Below are positions 18,601 through 27,434 of a DNA stretch of 59,595 nt, piece by piece. The stretch is taken from positions 1 to 59,595 of the forward strand of contig JBFFBT010000002.1 in assembly GCA_041560255.1 (NCBI GenBank). The letters are read 5' to 3'. The position numbers and the translations under genes were made by a program. Below the pieces are notes generated by a model that worked only from the letters and a program-made list of their open reading frames with translations, ran no database searches and was not told where the DNA came from. The stretch is from Myxococcota bacterium (GTDB lineage Bacteria; Myxococcota; B64-G9). Position 1 is the first letter of the stretch; each line of letters starts with the position of its first letter.

Positions 18601-21600
18601 AGCCTGAGCAGGCGGCGCTACCACGGCCGTTTGGGAGACGGGTTGCACCTGTTCTGGCTGAGCTGTCTGGGCTGCCTCCGGTTGTATAGCTGTGGCTGCC
18701 GGTTGAGGTCGGGATACTTCGGGCTCTACATCTTTTGTTTTTGGCGCGGGCGCAACCACGCCTTGCCGGGCTATGAGCTCGGATTTGGTTGCGGGCGCGG
18801 ATTCGATGAATGCATCATCGCTTTTTACTCTCAAGGTGTTGTGGATCACTTCCAGCTCGGCTTGGGGTTGGTTCGCAATCCCTTCGATCCAAGCTTGGTA
18901 CACGGCCTGATCATGAATACGGCTTGCGCCGTTTTCGATTCTCTCTGAGACGGTCATGGCCACCTGAGATCCGAATCCGGCCGACAATCGCACCGCATAG
19001 CGGACATTTTGCCGGCCTCCTTTTGACAGGTTGAGTTTTCCCAAATCCGGGTCTTCTTCTCGATGGTTGGGGATGGGCGGGATGACTTGGCGCTCCAACA
19101 TCCGTACGCCCAAAGCATCTTCGATGCCCACACCCATGGGGTGACCGGTGTATCCCTTGGTATTGGCGATCACAATATCGTTCACCTGTTGCCCGAACGT
19201 CTTCCGTAACGCATGTACTTCAGCCGCCGCGCTGCCGCCGCGGGCAGGAGTGTAGGTTTCATGCGAGATGAAGACGGTTTCCTTGGCCATCTGGGTTCTG
19301 TCTATACCGTAGTCGGTTTCGACCTGTTTGATCATGTTATCCATGCAGTTGCTGATGTGATCCACGTCCAGGCGCGTGCCGTGGAAAGCGCTGTTTGCAA
19401 TCACGGTGCCTAAAATCCTGGTCAAGCCATGCATACCCCGTTTTTTGGTCTCTTGTGCGTCCTCTACGACCAAACCGACTGCGCCCATGCCGGTAATCAT
19501 ACCGTTTCTTCGCCGATCGAAAGGAATGGCGGCCTTGGTGAGATCGGATTCGTTGGTTACCGCTCCGGTGGCGAACAATCCGCCAACCAGCCAAGGAGCC
19601 AGGTTTTCGTTGGTGATATCGTCCGATCCGACCACCAAGACTCTGCGGCAACGGCCCAATCGGATCCAGTCGGTAGCCAGAGCGAGGGCCAATGTGGTCG
19701 AAGCGCATGCGCTGTTGACACCGACATTCGGTCCCCGGGCTCCGATCAGCTCGGCCAATTGGGCATGTCCCATGTTGAGCGCCCGGAAGATAAATTTGCG
19801 ATCCAAGCTGAAAGGCTCACCACGCTCTTGTTCGAGCGCTTCGATTCTTTCGCGTATGGCGTGCAAAGGTCCGATGCTGTCGGCCAGGTGTTTGAGCTCC
19901 GCAATGCGTGACGCGTAAATCTCGTCTCGGTTGTACCGGTTGATTTCTTGTACGAACTGATCGTATCCAGGGAAAGCCGATGCGAAGATGATACCGGTTT
20001 CATCGGCGATTTGGGCCGGAAGCCTAAATCCGATCGGCAACTTTTTGCCCGAAGATACGGTCTTGTGGTTCATGACCAAAGGAATTCCGGCATCTTTGAG
20101 AGCCAGCAACCCGGCGCCGATGGCCAATTGGGTGGTGATGTCCAAGCTGCGGACTTTTTCGTCCGGAATACCGAACTCTTGTGTCAGATCGAAACGCCCC
20201 CTGCGGGCCGAAAGCCGCACTACTTGATCGGGGTCGTCGATCACTTCGAAATAGGGTCCGCCCGGCGCATCTTTGATGAGTCGTACGATTCGTTGGCCTG
20301 CCAAACGCCGGCGGTTTTCCTCCGGGATACTATCGATGCCGATGGCTCCGTTGAGGATGTTGTCGATGTTGGCGTCGTCGAACACGGCATGATTGGTGCC
20401 CGGCAGACCGAGGCTGGCTCCACTGATGACCAAATCGACAGGCTTAGCTTTGGTTTGAGGCTCGGATACCGGCTCGATGGATGGAATCGATACCTGCGCC
20501 GCGGGCGGGTTGCTCTGCATGCTTCCCAGGGTTTTGCAGGCCGCCAAGGAGTTACAGAATGACGGCCAATCTCCGACTTTCGGATTGTTGGTGCATACCG
20601 ATATGACCCTCGGATCATCCAAAACATCCAACACCAGGTTGGCCAGCACCCTTTTGGCGCCCACTTCAACGAACAACCGCACACCGACTTTGTGCATTTC
20701 CTGCAGGGTCTCGACGAAACGAACCGGAGACGCCACTTGTTTGGCCAAACGATCCAGATTGGCCGAGATGGCGCTGGGACTTGGATCGTAGGGTTTTGCG
20801 TCCAGGTTGGCAATCAGCGGTATGCGCGGGGGGTGAAAATCAATCTTGGCCAGTAACGCCCGCAGTGGTTTGGTTGCGGGTGCCACAATATGCGAATGAA
20901 AAGCATGGGATACCTGCAGTTGAACCGCACGAATTCCCTTGTCCTTGAAACGCGCCATGGCTTCGTCCATGGCGACCGTGCCGCCGGCGATAACGGTTTG
21001 GTTGTGGCTGTTGAAATTGGCGGGCGCTACGTCTTGGATGTCTTGAATGACCTCCATGATTTTATCCAGCGGTGCAAGGACGGCAGCCATTTTACCGGGA
21101 TCCCGAACGTTGACGGAAGACATCTCTCTTGCCCGGGCGCTGGCTGCATGGATGGCTTCTTTAAATGACAGCATACCGGCTACCACCAGGGCGGAGTATT
21201 CACCCAGGCTGTGTCCTGCTACCATATCCGGGACCACTCCGTGATGTTCGAGCAACCTTGCGATGGCGATATCCGCCGCCAGCATGGCGGGCTGGCAGAT
21301 GTTGGTGTCCCTGAGCTTCTCGACGTTTTCGGGCGTATCGTCGGTGTAAATATAATCGGTCAGAGGCTTGCCCAAGAGGGGTGCCATGTATTCGTCGGCT
21401 TCAGCGAAGGTATCGGCCACGATCGGTTCGGTGGCCCGAAGCTCTTTGAGCATATCGATATACTGCGAACCTTGACCCGGTAGCAAGAATGCGATCTTGA
21501 CCGGATCCGAATCACGGTAAAAAACCCCTTGGGCCGCCATGGCGCGCCAGGGTTTGTATCCATCCGATGCGAGAGCCACAAGTGCGCGTTTACCACGTTC

Positions 21601-23268
21601 TTGCCGCTCGGTTTCGCTTCCGTATTCGATGACCAGACATTGGGGTTTCGAACGCACCTCGTCCTGAGGTGTCTCGGGATCTTGCTCGCCTAAAGCCGCC
21701 AATTTCGCTTCCAGGGCCTTTCGGATTTCTTCCCGGTTGTTGCCGCCGACTGCAAGCATGCGGCGATCGGGACGGTTGGTTTGCATCTCAACAGAAGAAG
21801 TTTGCATGTTGTTGCCTTTCGGGACGTCGAATACCTTGGATTTGTTTCCATTGGGTCGGTATTCGGTAAGCAATGCATGAAAATTGGTACCACCAAATCC
21901 AAACGAGGATACGGCAGCGGTTCTGGGGGTGCCGTTATGTAATTCCCACGGAACGGCCTGGGTGGGTACATACAGAGGAGAATCGTCAAAAGGAATGTTT
22001 GGATTCGGGGTTTCAAAATTGATCGATCCCGGAATGGTTTTGGTGCTGAGGGCAAAAACGGTTTTCAACAAAGAAGCCGCGCCCGCAGCGCTTTTGAGGT
22101 GACCGATTTGGGACTTGATGGACCCCATGGCGATGGATTTGTTTTTGGCTCCGGCGGCCTTGAAGAACTCGTTCGCCAAATTACCTTCCACCCGGTCTCC
22201 CGCGATGGTCGAGGTCCCGTGGGCCTCCAGCAAGGTGACGTCACAAGGGGAGATTCCGGCGCTCTCATAGGCGCGGCGCATGGCCAGGCGTTGCCCTTCC
22301 GGGTTGGGGGCGGTGATGCCTTTGCCCTTGCCGTCGCTGGAGCTGCCGATACTTTTCAGTACGGCATAAATCTTGTCACCGTCTCTTTCAGCGTCTTCCA
22401 AACGTTTCAACAAGAGGATTCCGCAACCTTCACCCATCACGAACCCATTGGCGCGTTTGTCGAACGGACAGCTGAGATCTCCGGACAGCGCGCCGATCTT
22501 GCAGAACTTGACGAAGCTGTGGGGTGACATGGAGGAATCCGAGCCGCCGGTAAGCACCATGTCATAGCGATGTTCAATCAAGCCGGTTACTGCCATTTCT
22601 AAGGCGGCCAATGATGACGCGCAGGCAGCGTCCGCAGTGTAGTTGGGTCCCCTGAGTCCGAAAACATTGGCAACCCGCCCGGCGATGACATTGGATAACT
22701 CACCGGGCATGCTGTCTTCAGTAATGGGAGGCAGCTCTTCGATGACGGTCGTGGTAAACTCTTTGATGATTCGATTTCCAGCTTCTTCGGAAAGAGCTTG
22801 AAATGCCGGGGTTGATTTGAGCTGTCGAATATAGCGGGGAAGATAAACCCGGTGATTGGTAATAAACTGCAACTCACCCGCCATGGCATTGCCGATGATG
22901 ACGGCCATGCGATCGCGATCGAACTCTTTTTGATCGTATTGGGCGTCCTGGATGGCTTGGCGCGAAGCTTCGACCGCCCATTTTTGAACGTTGTCCATGG
23001 ACTGGGATGTCTTTGGAGGAATACGGTATTTCAAACAATCGAATTGGAAGTCGGTGATCCAGGATCCGATTTTGGAATAGGTCTTGTCCGGCGCCTTGGG
23101 ATCAGGATCATAATGATCTTCCGTTTTCCATCGGTTTTCAGGTACTTCCCGGATACTGTTTTTGCCTGAAAGGATGTTTTGCCAGAAACTCTTGGCGTCA
23201 TTGGCGTCGGGCATTACAGCGCCCAGTCCGATTATCGCCACTCCTGTGTGGTTGTTTTTCGTACTCAT
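15685..23268 (-). CDS. Type I polyketide/secondary-lipid synthase, single polypeptide KS-AT-KS-ACP-KR-DH (PfaA-like KS1)
   Basis: RBS GGAG at 23275-23278 and ATG at 23268. Residue numbers below follow the 2535-aa track translation. KS1 aa 17-478 (nt 21859-23244): DAACASS Cys224, EAHGTST, GHLKSAAG, and a PfaA-style PGELSNVIAGRVANVF segment. AT aa 598-890 (nt 20623-21501): GHSLGE, HAFH. KS2 aa 952-1452 (nt 18937-20439): NSACAST with Cys codon 19705-19707, SHETYTP, GHPMGVG. A P/A/Q-rich linker follows. ACP-like aa 1573-1650 (nt 18343-18576): DLGIDTVKQAEL. KR (nt 16798-17496): TGGAGDIVG, YSAAN. PKS-type DH (nt 15748-16575): LEDHRIDGTAVLPG, YFHGPSFQ. Stop TAG at 15685-15687. No TE or R domain. Confidence 0.95.
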   Translation of the reverse strand: MSTKNNHTGVAIIGLGAVMPDANDAKSFWQNILSGKNSIREVPENRWKTEDHYDPDPKAPDKTYSKIGSWITDFQFDCLKYRIPPKTSQSMDNVQKWAVEASRQAIQDAQYDQKEFDRDRMAVIIGNAMAGELQFITNHRVYLPRYIRQLKSTPAFQALSEEAGNRIIKEFTTTVIEELPPITEDSMPGELSNVIAGRVANVFGLRGPNYTADAACASSLAALEMAVTGLIEHRYDMVLTGGSDSSMSPHSFVKFCKIGALSGDLSCPFDKRANGFVMGEGCGILLLKRLEDAERDGDKIYAVLKSIGSSSDGKGKGITAPNPEGQRLAMRRAYESAGISPCDVTLLEAHGTSTIAGDRVEGNLANEFFKAAGAKNKSIAMGSIKSQIGHLKSAAGAASLLKTVFALSTKTIPGSINFETPNPNIPFDDSPLYVPTQAVPWELHNGTPRTAAVSSFGFGGTNFHALLTEYRPNGNKSKVFDVPKGNNMQTSSVEMQTNRPDRRMLAVGGNNREEIRKALEAKLAALGEQDPETPQDEVRSKPQCLVIEYGSETERQERGKRALVALASDGYKPWRAMAAQGVFYRDSDPVKIAFLLPGQGSQYIDMLKELRATEPIVADTFAEADEYMAPLLGKPLTDYIYTDDTPENVEKLRDTNICQPAMLAADIAIARLLEHHGVVPDMVAGHSLGEYSALVVAGMLSFKEAIHAASARAREMSSVNVRDPGKMAAVLAPLDKIMEVIQDIQDVAPANFNSHNQTVIAGGTVAMDEAMARFKDKGIRAVQLQVSHAFHSHIVAPATKPLRALLAKIDFHPPRIPLIANLDAKPYDPSPSAISANLDRLAKQVASPVRFVETLQEMHKVGVRLFVEVGAKRVLANLVLDVLDDPRVISVCTNNPKVGDWPSFCNSLAACKTLGSMQSNPPAAQVSIPSIEPVSEPQTKAKPVDLVISGASLGLPGTNHAVFDDANIDNILNGAIGIDSIPEENRRRLAGQRIVRLIKDAPGGPYFEVIDDPDQVVRLSARRGRFDLTQEFGIPDEKVRSLDITTQLAIGAGLLALKDAGIPLVMNHKTVSSGKKLPIGFRLPAQIADETGIIFASAFPGYDQFVQEINRYNRDEIYASRIAELKHLADSIGPLHAIRERIEALEQERGEPFSLDRKFIFRALNMGHAQLAELIGARGPNVGVNSACASTTLALALATDWIRLGRCRRVLVVGSDDITNENLAPWLVGGLFATGAVTNESDLTKAAIPFDRRRNGMITGMGAVGLVVEDAQETKKRGMHGLTRILGTVIANSAFHGTRLDVDHISNCMDNMIKQVETDYGIDRTQMAKETVFISHETYTPARGGSAAAEVHALRKTFGQQVNDIVIANTKGYTGHPMGVGIEDALGVRMLERQVIPPIPNHREEDPDLGKLNLSKGGRQNVRYAVRLSAGFGSQVAMTVSERIENGASRIHDQAVYQAWIEGIANQPQAELEVIHNTLRVKSDDAFIESAPATKSELIARQGVVAPAPKTKDVEPEVSRPQPAATAIQPEAAQTAQPEQVQPVSQTAVVAPPAQAPVQVPSQMSLDDITAKILSLVSEKTGYPSDMLDVNLDLEADLGIDTVKQAELFSEIRTSFNIPKQDDLKLSDYPTLAHIIRFAEEKSAAHATQAQTAQAQNTPMAESQDATEEEAGEDHVLPLSSIPVESESVRYLASVLVGRPAAGDCLPTGVEVRSQCFIVSEPSPVVQALESALKHRGAQPVWIDASGDPDSVTSQIAELASQQAPKGVWLLTACQKAVLPETRDKAAWKRALDLRARLPFRVAKALDGVLSNQPGTYFVAATQMGGHLGLRPGVGSQDPASGATTGFVKTLAQEWPETLCKVVDFPVDAEAQTIASALIEEVESDRGVVEVGRVGERRWAVGLSEYKPIEADQALSGIGSLPEKDPVVLVTGGAGDIVGKIVTDLAKNIGGTYYLADLTPTPSNDDPDIILLTTDRETLKANLTNRLREQGERVTPVLVDKAIREVERKSAALEALHTIRNTGAQAHHVSLDVTNQQAVDEAINKIMQAHGRIDLIMHAAGLEHSQGIARKKPESFDLIFGVKSIGLNTLLAATTNVALKGLMLFGSVAGRFGNLGQTDYSAANDFMSKCSTYLKKARPGLQVFTLAYSGWAGRGMATRGSVPAQLAAAGINLIPLEEGCTSVRRVFASGFSGELVVARSLGILYKGLVAEGADLQILHDRLAENPARYPLLGKAIDWTIADGLRLEVTFDPNRDRFLEDHRIDGTAVLPGVMAVETFAEAASLLRPDLAVVEVEDLAFEAPLKFYRNEPRTATVRLLPTWDDLGRVFLATMETQRNLVVGKVQVTRHFHGKIRLDQDSVIVKTEPPGDGISKGIRKEAIYQAYFHGPSFQVLEKVTQSQDGRMAGWMQSGTEVPPMANPGELSAHPMFTELAFQAAGIVEAQKSQKLGLPAGVRKLKLHKLPEGTTGRIAAWVVPERINGHTQYGIQVVDERGFVLLELNGYQTSPLPNKLPEDVRKELVPESENK

Positions 23269-23278
23269 GCCGATCTCC

Positions 23279-24931
23279 TCAATTCGTTGCAACGGTTTGT
23301 GCTACAGAGTTCAGGTCGTCAAGCATTCCAACCATGCAGTCGTTGATGCCGGTGAGATTGATGTTTTGTTCGAAACTCCTGAGTGAACCGTCGGTCAGCG
23401 GGCTCCCGTTTGCCTGGGCTCCTGCTGCCAAAAACATGCTTTGTGCGCTGATCTCTTGTGCGGTCTGCCGGGCCCAAAGGCGGCTCATGGATGTGAGTGT
23501 CTGGATATCATATCGGGATGAGTCCGGATTGCCCTTGGACACTTTACGGCAAAAGGATGCGGCCACTTCGAGATGCGCGATCAACAGCCCCAGGGTGAAC
23601 AACACATGCTGGTTGCGGGTCAGTTTGGCCTTACGGCAGACTTCCATGAATTCGGCGAGCGCCCAAGCGGCACGTGCACAGGTTTTGGCGCCCGTACCAG
23701 GGGTTTTTTGTTCCAATTCTTCCATCTCGCGGGCGAGATTTTTAAAGTGCTCGCCCCGGCTCAATAGATGGGATCGCCAGCGATCTTGAGCGATGGTGCG
23801 TTGGCATATTTCAGAAGTGCCTTCGTAGATGCAGGTGATACGAACGTCTCGTTTGAGCTTTTCCACTTCGTATGCGTTGATATATCCATAGCCTCCGTGG
23901 GCTTGGATGGCCGCTTCGGCGGCTGCATTGCCTGCTTCGGTGGCGGTCAATTTGGCCACCGCACCGTCTACGGCCAAATCCAAACCACCCTGGTCGAGTT
24001 GATCGGATACGAATTCGATATGAGACCGGGCGGCTTCGAGAGCCACCGCGTGCGGAGCAATGAGTTTATGGGTCCAACCGGGCTTTTCACACAGCAAAGA
24101 GCCTCCTTGGTAACGCTCTTTGCCGTAGAGAATGGCCTTATTCAACGCGCTGTTTCCACAACCCAAACCAAAGGCTGCTACCATGACCCGGGTGTAGCCG
24201 AAAACCTTGGCGGCCTGAGAAAGACCTTGTCCTTCGACTCCACCGATGAGGTTTTCCACCGGGATGCGGACGCTCTCTAATGATATCGGGGTTGTATTGG
24301 ATGCCCGGATTCCGTGTTTGACCTCATGCGCGCCCGGAACGAATCCCTCGGTGCCGCGTTCGACCACAAAAAACGAGGGGCCTCCGGGTGTTACCGCCAG
24401 AACCGTATACAAATCGGCAATGCCTCCGTTGGTGATGAACTGTTTGTTGCCGTTGATTTCATAGGCTACGGTTTTGCCGTTTTCGATTATCGGATTGGCC
24501 TTGGTGCGGATGTGGGCCAGGTCGGAGCCGGCCGAAGGTTCCGTCACCGCGTAAGCCACCACCAGGCCCTCCTCTGCGACTCTTCTCATCCAGCGGTTTT
24601 TTTGCTCTTCGGTTCCGCCAACCCGCAAGGGATCGGTTCCGAGAGATACGCCCAACAAGGAAGTTGCGATACCAAGGTCTACCGATGCGACAGCTTCTGA
24701 AATCCTGAATATATCTTTGGCCCCTCCGCCCAAACCTCCATATGCGGTGGGTATAAAAGCCAAGTGTATGCCGATCTCGGGGCCCAGTAACTCTCGGATG
24801 AGATCCTCGGGGCAGTTGTCTTCATGATCGTTGCCGAGAAGGGTGTCGAGATCCATACGGCGTTTGGCGAAACTTTTCAGGGTGGATAGAATGAGCTCGA
24901 GCTCTTCTTGACTCATTTCTGGTTGTATCAT
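23279..24931 (-). CDS. Acyl-CoA dehydrogenase, long form with a C-terminal helical extension of roughly 170 aa
   Basis: AVTEPSAGSDL and IYEGTSEICQRTIA (catalytic Glu context). ATG 24931 (MIQPEMSQ...) lies 9 nt after AGGAGG (complement of 24941-24946). The track start at 25135 adds an implausible basic leader. Stop TGA at 23279-23281, 10 nt before the PKS ATG. Confidence 0.88.
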   Translation of the reverse strand: MIQPEMSQEELELILSTLKSFAKRRMDLDTLLGNDHEDNCPEDLIRELLGPEIGIHLAFIPTAYGGLGGGAKDIFRISEAVASVDLGIATSLLGVSLGTDPLRVGGTEEQKNRWMRRVAEEGLVVAYAVTEPSAGSDLAHIRTKANPIIENGKTVAYEINGNKQFITNGGIADLYTVLAVTPGGPSFFVVERGTEGFVPGAHEVKHGIRASNTTPISLESVRIPVENLIGGVEGQGLSQAAKVFGYTRVMVAAFGLGCGNSALNKAILYGKERYQGGSLLCEKPGWTHKLIAPHAVALEAARSHIEFVSDQLDQGGLDLAVDGAVAKLTATEAGNAAAEAAIQAHGGYGYINAYEVEKLKRDVRITCIYEGTSEICQRTIAQDRWRSHLLSRGEHFKNLAREMEELEQKTPGTGAKTCARAAWALAEFMEVCRKAKLTRNQHVLFTLGLLIAHLEVAASFCRKVSKGNPDSSRYDIQTLTSMSRLWARQTAQEISAQSMFLAAGAQANGSPLTDGSLRSFEQNINLTGINDCMVGMLDDLNSVAQTVATN

Positions 24932-25263
24932 TTGATTGTGCCTCCTAAGTTTGTTTGAACATTCAGCTCGATTGCGCTCCAATCGGCTGAGTTTTGTATG
25001 CGATTGATTCGATTCGGGGTGAATTCTGAGTGTGCCGTGTATTGCGTCATAGTATTTCCTCTGCCTTCCCCGATAAGATATGTATCTTTCTCGCTTCCCA
25101 TGTGGGTGCATCCCTAGATGCAAATACCTTGCCAAATTTGTAACTTATTGATTTGTATGATTGTAATTGTGCGTCATGAAGAGTTTAGCTCAGAACATGC
25201 CAATAAAAGTGCGTATTTGATTTTGCTGGTGCAAGCAGCAAAGATCGGCAGTTGTACAAAAAT

Positions 25264-25284
25264 AATCAATTATTACAATTGATT
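25264..25284. promoter_or_regulatory. Perfect inverted repeat AATCAATT-N5-AATTGATT (candidate operator) in a divergent intergenic region
   Basis: Read directly: 25264-25271 and 25277-25284 are exact reverse complements. The site lies about 330 bp upstream of the ACAD-PKS-PPTase operon start. Confidence 0.3.
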
Positions 25285-25580
25285 ACAAAATATCTGATCG
25301 TCACTTGAGGGTGTTGTAGGGCGCTTGCAGGTCAAGGGTCAGGTGCGAAAAAGAAGTGGCATATGTAACTATATAATATTGAATGATTATTGTTTTTTCT
25401 GGGATTGTGTGGGCCGTGCGGGTTACATCTGTTCCTGGAGATACCTCTCAGGGGCCAGCCTCACCCAGAGGAGATTGAACCCATACTATGGTCTTTACCT
25501 CGTGTAAGCGTTCACTCGGCTACATATTTTCGATTTTGTGCCGTCTATATGTTTAGAGGGGGAAATGTTGGGAGAAAGCC

Positions 25581-27434
25581 GTGGGAAGTGTTCAAAATCC
25601 AGGTAGCGACCCGGGACGAAAACCAAGACGAATCGAGCTGAGATTTTTTACAATCTTGGTGGGATTGGTTTTTGTAGCACCGCAGGAAGGATTATCAAAA
25701 ACCGTAGAGGTACGCCGGGTGGGTAAGCCGCAGATCGAGCGGGAAAACGAGGCGGTTGACGCTCGGTCCAGGTTGATAAAAAAACTATCGAACGGGAGAT
25801 TGCAGGTAACCAGAAGCGGCTTCGACCAAGCCGGGATAGTCACGGTGGTGTCCGGGTTTGTGTGCCGGAAATTTCAAGCAGCTTGTAGGCATATCAACGC
25901 GGGCAACTTCGACGAGGCGGCTTACTATTTTCGGATGCATTCTGAGAAATGGGTCGGTTCGGCGGACCATTTGTGTGGATGGGCCAATGTATTGTTTCTA
26001 CAAGGCAGGTTGGATGAAGCCTTTCAGGTCTACCGAAAGGCTCTGCAGAACGACTCCCTCCATCCGGGATCTCTGCTCGGAATGATGAATATCTATACGC
26101 AACGAAACAATCTCGATCATGCAAAAGAGCTATTTGTACTGTTGATAGAAAATCAATCTCAGGCGGCTTTGGCCCACAACAACCTGGGCAATGCATACCG
26201 GGCTTCAGGTCTCTTTTATGAAGCCCTTGTTCATTATGGCATGGCGTTGCAGATCGAGCCCGAATTGACGGCCGGTGAATACAACCGAGGGGGGATATTC
26301 TTGTCGATGGGAGAGTTCGATCGAGCAGCTCGATCTTTTCGATCTGCCGCCCAAAGTGCCCCGGGGTTTGCGGACGCATATTTGTATGAAGGTCTTTCGC
26401 ATCTTAGAGCCAACCGTAGTGTGATGGCGACAGTCGCTTTGTACCGGGTTTTGGAGCTGGGGATCGATGGTCAAGTCGTTCAGTTGGCTTTAGGGGTGGC
26501 CCTTCAATCGTTACATCTCGATCGAAGCGCGGTGATGCATTTGAGAAAAGCCGGAGAGCTCGATCAACCCGACGAGCGGATCAACTCCCTGCTCTCTACG
26601 AGTTTTGTCAGGCTTGGGGAGTTGAAACAGGCAGCGCAAGTCATGCTACAGGATTTTGATACGGGTCCGAAAGACGCCGAGGCGCATTTCAAAATCGGAT
26701 TGAAGCTTTTTTTATGCGAACAATACACCCTGTCTGCTTCCTACTTGAAAAAGGCGGTCGACTTGGGACGCCGGGACACCGATACTTACTTTGCATTGGG
26801 CCAAGCGCTGATGGAAAGTGGTGATTTCGATTCGGCTCTGGATGTGCTTGCCTATGCATCCAATCTCACACCACAATCCGCCAGGATACATTTTTCTATG
26901 GGGATCGCTCATTTTCATCGCGGTGAAATCGTATCGGCTATCCGGGAGATGGAGGCGGCCGCGCGACTCAATCCCGAGGACGATGACGCCAAAATTGTCT
27001 TGATGGATCTATTTCGTCAAGTAGCCGATTTCGAAGCCTGCGCCCGCACGGGACGATTGGTGGTCAATCGCAATCCCGAGCTGGTTCCACCCAGATTTGA
27101 AACCGCCTATTGCCAAGCCATGACGGGGGATCTCGACAAAGCCGTAGAAATGTTGGAAGTGGCGTTGGATCAAGATACCGAAGGTAGTCAGGTGCATCGA
27201 GTATGGAAAATGCTCGTACAGCAGACCTCCGCTCGCAGTCGAGTGCCTGGGATGTACTTACTTTTGGGTATGATTCAAGAGAGACGGGGTGACTGGAAAG
27301 ACGCCGTGCGATCATATCGGCGGTTCATTTCACTTTCACCATCGACACATTGGATTCAGAAGATTTCAAGGACGCTGCATCAATTGGATCGCCATTCGAA
27401 AAAATCAGATCCAGCTTTTTCCGGTGTGCCGTAA
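25581..27434 (+). CDS. Tetratricopeptide-repeat protein with N-terminal signal/anchor
   Basis: Hydrophobic FFTILVGLVFVAPQ near the N-terminus. More than 10 TPR-like 34-aa units follow (e.g. AHNNLGNAYRASGLFYEALVHYGMALQIEP). GTG start lies 5 nt after GGAGA. Confidence 0.8.
   Translation: MGSVQNPGSDPGRKPRRIELRFFTILVGLVFVAPQEGLSKTVEVRRVGKPQIERENEAVDARSRLIKKLSNGRLQVTRSGFDQAGIVTVVSGFVCRKFQAACRHINAGNFDEAAYYFRMHSEKWVGSADHLCGWANVLFLQGRLDEAFQVYRKALQNDSLHPGSLLGMMNIYTQRNNLDHAKELFVLLIENQSQAALAHNNLGNAYRASGLFYEALVHYGMALQIEPELTAGEYNRGGIFLSMGEFDRAARSFRSAAQSAPGFADAYLYEGLSHLRANRSVMATVALYRVLELGIDGQVVQLALGVALQSLHLDRSAVMHLRKAGELDQPDERINSLLSTSFVRLGELKQAAQVMLQDFDTGPKDAEAHFKIGLKLFLCEQYTLSASYLKKAVDLGRRDTDTYFALGQALMESGDFDSALDVLAYASNLTPQSARIHFSMGIAHFHRGEIVSAIREMEAAARLNPEDDDAKIVLMDLFRQVADFEACARTGRLVVNRNPELVPPRFETAYCQAMTGDLDKAVEMLEVALDQDTEGSQVHRVWKMLVQQTSARSRVPGMYLLLGMIQERRGDWKDAVRSYRRFISLSPSTHWIQKISRTLHQLDRHSKKSDPAFSGVP

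Noticed and set aside
15757-23169. Numerous 60-230-aa plus-strand ORFs inside the PKS gene (e.g. 15757-16416, 18244-18948, 19376-19918, 19948-20562)
   Set aside because: All lie antisense or out of frame within a continuous 2,527-codon gene that has ordered KS/AT/KS/ACP/KR/DH motifs. Their compositions are the Arg/Gly/Ser-rich pattern expected from a GC3-rich antisense strand.
24932-25135. N-terminal 68 codons of the track ORF 23279-25135
   Set aside because: This is a basic, low-complexity leader (MARYLHLGMHPHGKRERYISYRGRQRKYY...) with no SD. ATG 24931 has AGGAGG 9 nt upstream and gives an N-terminus typical of ACADs.
25180-25245. Possible sigma-54 (-24 TGGCA / -12 TTGC) promoter for the PKS operon
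   Set aside because: On the minus strand TGGCAT is present, but the required TTGC at the correct 4-5-nt spacing is absent.
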